DNA of 24,000 bases, taken from Aeromonas phage Aes012. Where the stretch lies: sequence record JN377895.1. One strand, given 5' to 3'. Below the pieces are notes generated by a model. It was not told the origin of the DNA and did no database searches. It saw nothing but the letters and a program-made list of their open reading frames with translations. Positions 23,994 to 24,000 of this stretch are shown here, one piece after another; position 1 is the stretch's first letter, and the number at the start of each line of letters is the position of its first letter. Made by a program: the position numbers and the translations under genes.

Positions 23994-24000
23994 CGGGCGG

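Noticed and set aside
1-24000. T4-type late promoters (TATAAATA), CRISPR arrays, intact transposases, tRNA genes, group I introns
   Set aside because: Scanned by eye on both strands. No clear TATAAATA, no regularly spaced repeats and no recognisable tRNA, intron core or transposase. Absence of introns cannot be proven without a covariance search.

Overview
This is an early/replication region of a T4-like myovirus genome. Every convincing gene lies on the minus strand. Reading in the direction of transcription (high to low coordinates) the order is: rpbA-like, 45 (sliding clamp), 44 and 62 (clamp loader), regA, 43A/43B (split family-B DNA polymerase), 42 (dCMP hydroxymethylase), a small ORF, 41 (helicase), two small ORFs, 61 (primase), a decayed GIY-YIG homing-endonuclease relic, small ORFs, an LprI/DUF1311-like secreted protein, 56 (dCTP/dUTP pyrophosphatase), small ORFs, dda, dexA, small ORFs, a HAD-like protein, many small accessory ORFs, a disrupted MazG-like ORF, 39 (topoisomerase II large subunit), a 70-aa ORF, gene 60, more accessory ORFs and rIIA. 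The most important observation is not in the ORF track. Gene 60 (complement 3873..4369) is interrupted by 17 nt inside the Toprim DxDxDG motif: ...GCG GAC CCA GAC | TAG CGG GGT TAA TC GAC | GGT CAA GGT... The take-off codon GAC is followed directly by a UAG stop, and an identical GAC lies directly before the point where homology resumes. Skipping exactly 17 nt gives a 159-aa protein (T4 gp60 is 160 aa) that aligns end to end with T4 gp60, including ...MTDADPD-GQGSIYP.... This is a strong candidate for a new, much shorter relative or analogue of the 50-nt T4 gene 60 ribosomal bypass, displaced by one codon. Other points of interest are a 14-bp hairpin at the polymerase split, a 10-bp hairpin in the 43A leader, the GIY-YIG relic, a frameshifted MazG-like gene, hairpins downstream of gene 42, two recurring promoter classes, and a family of small accessory proteins.
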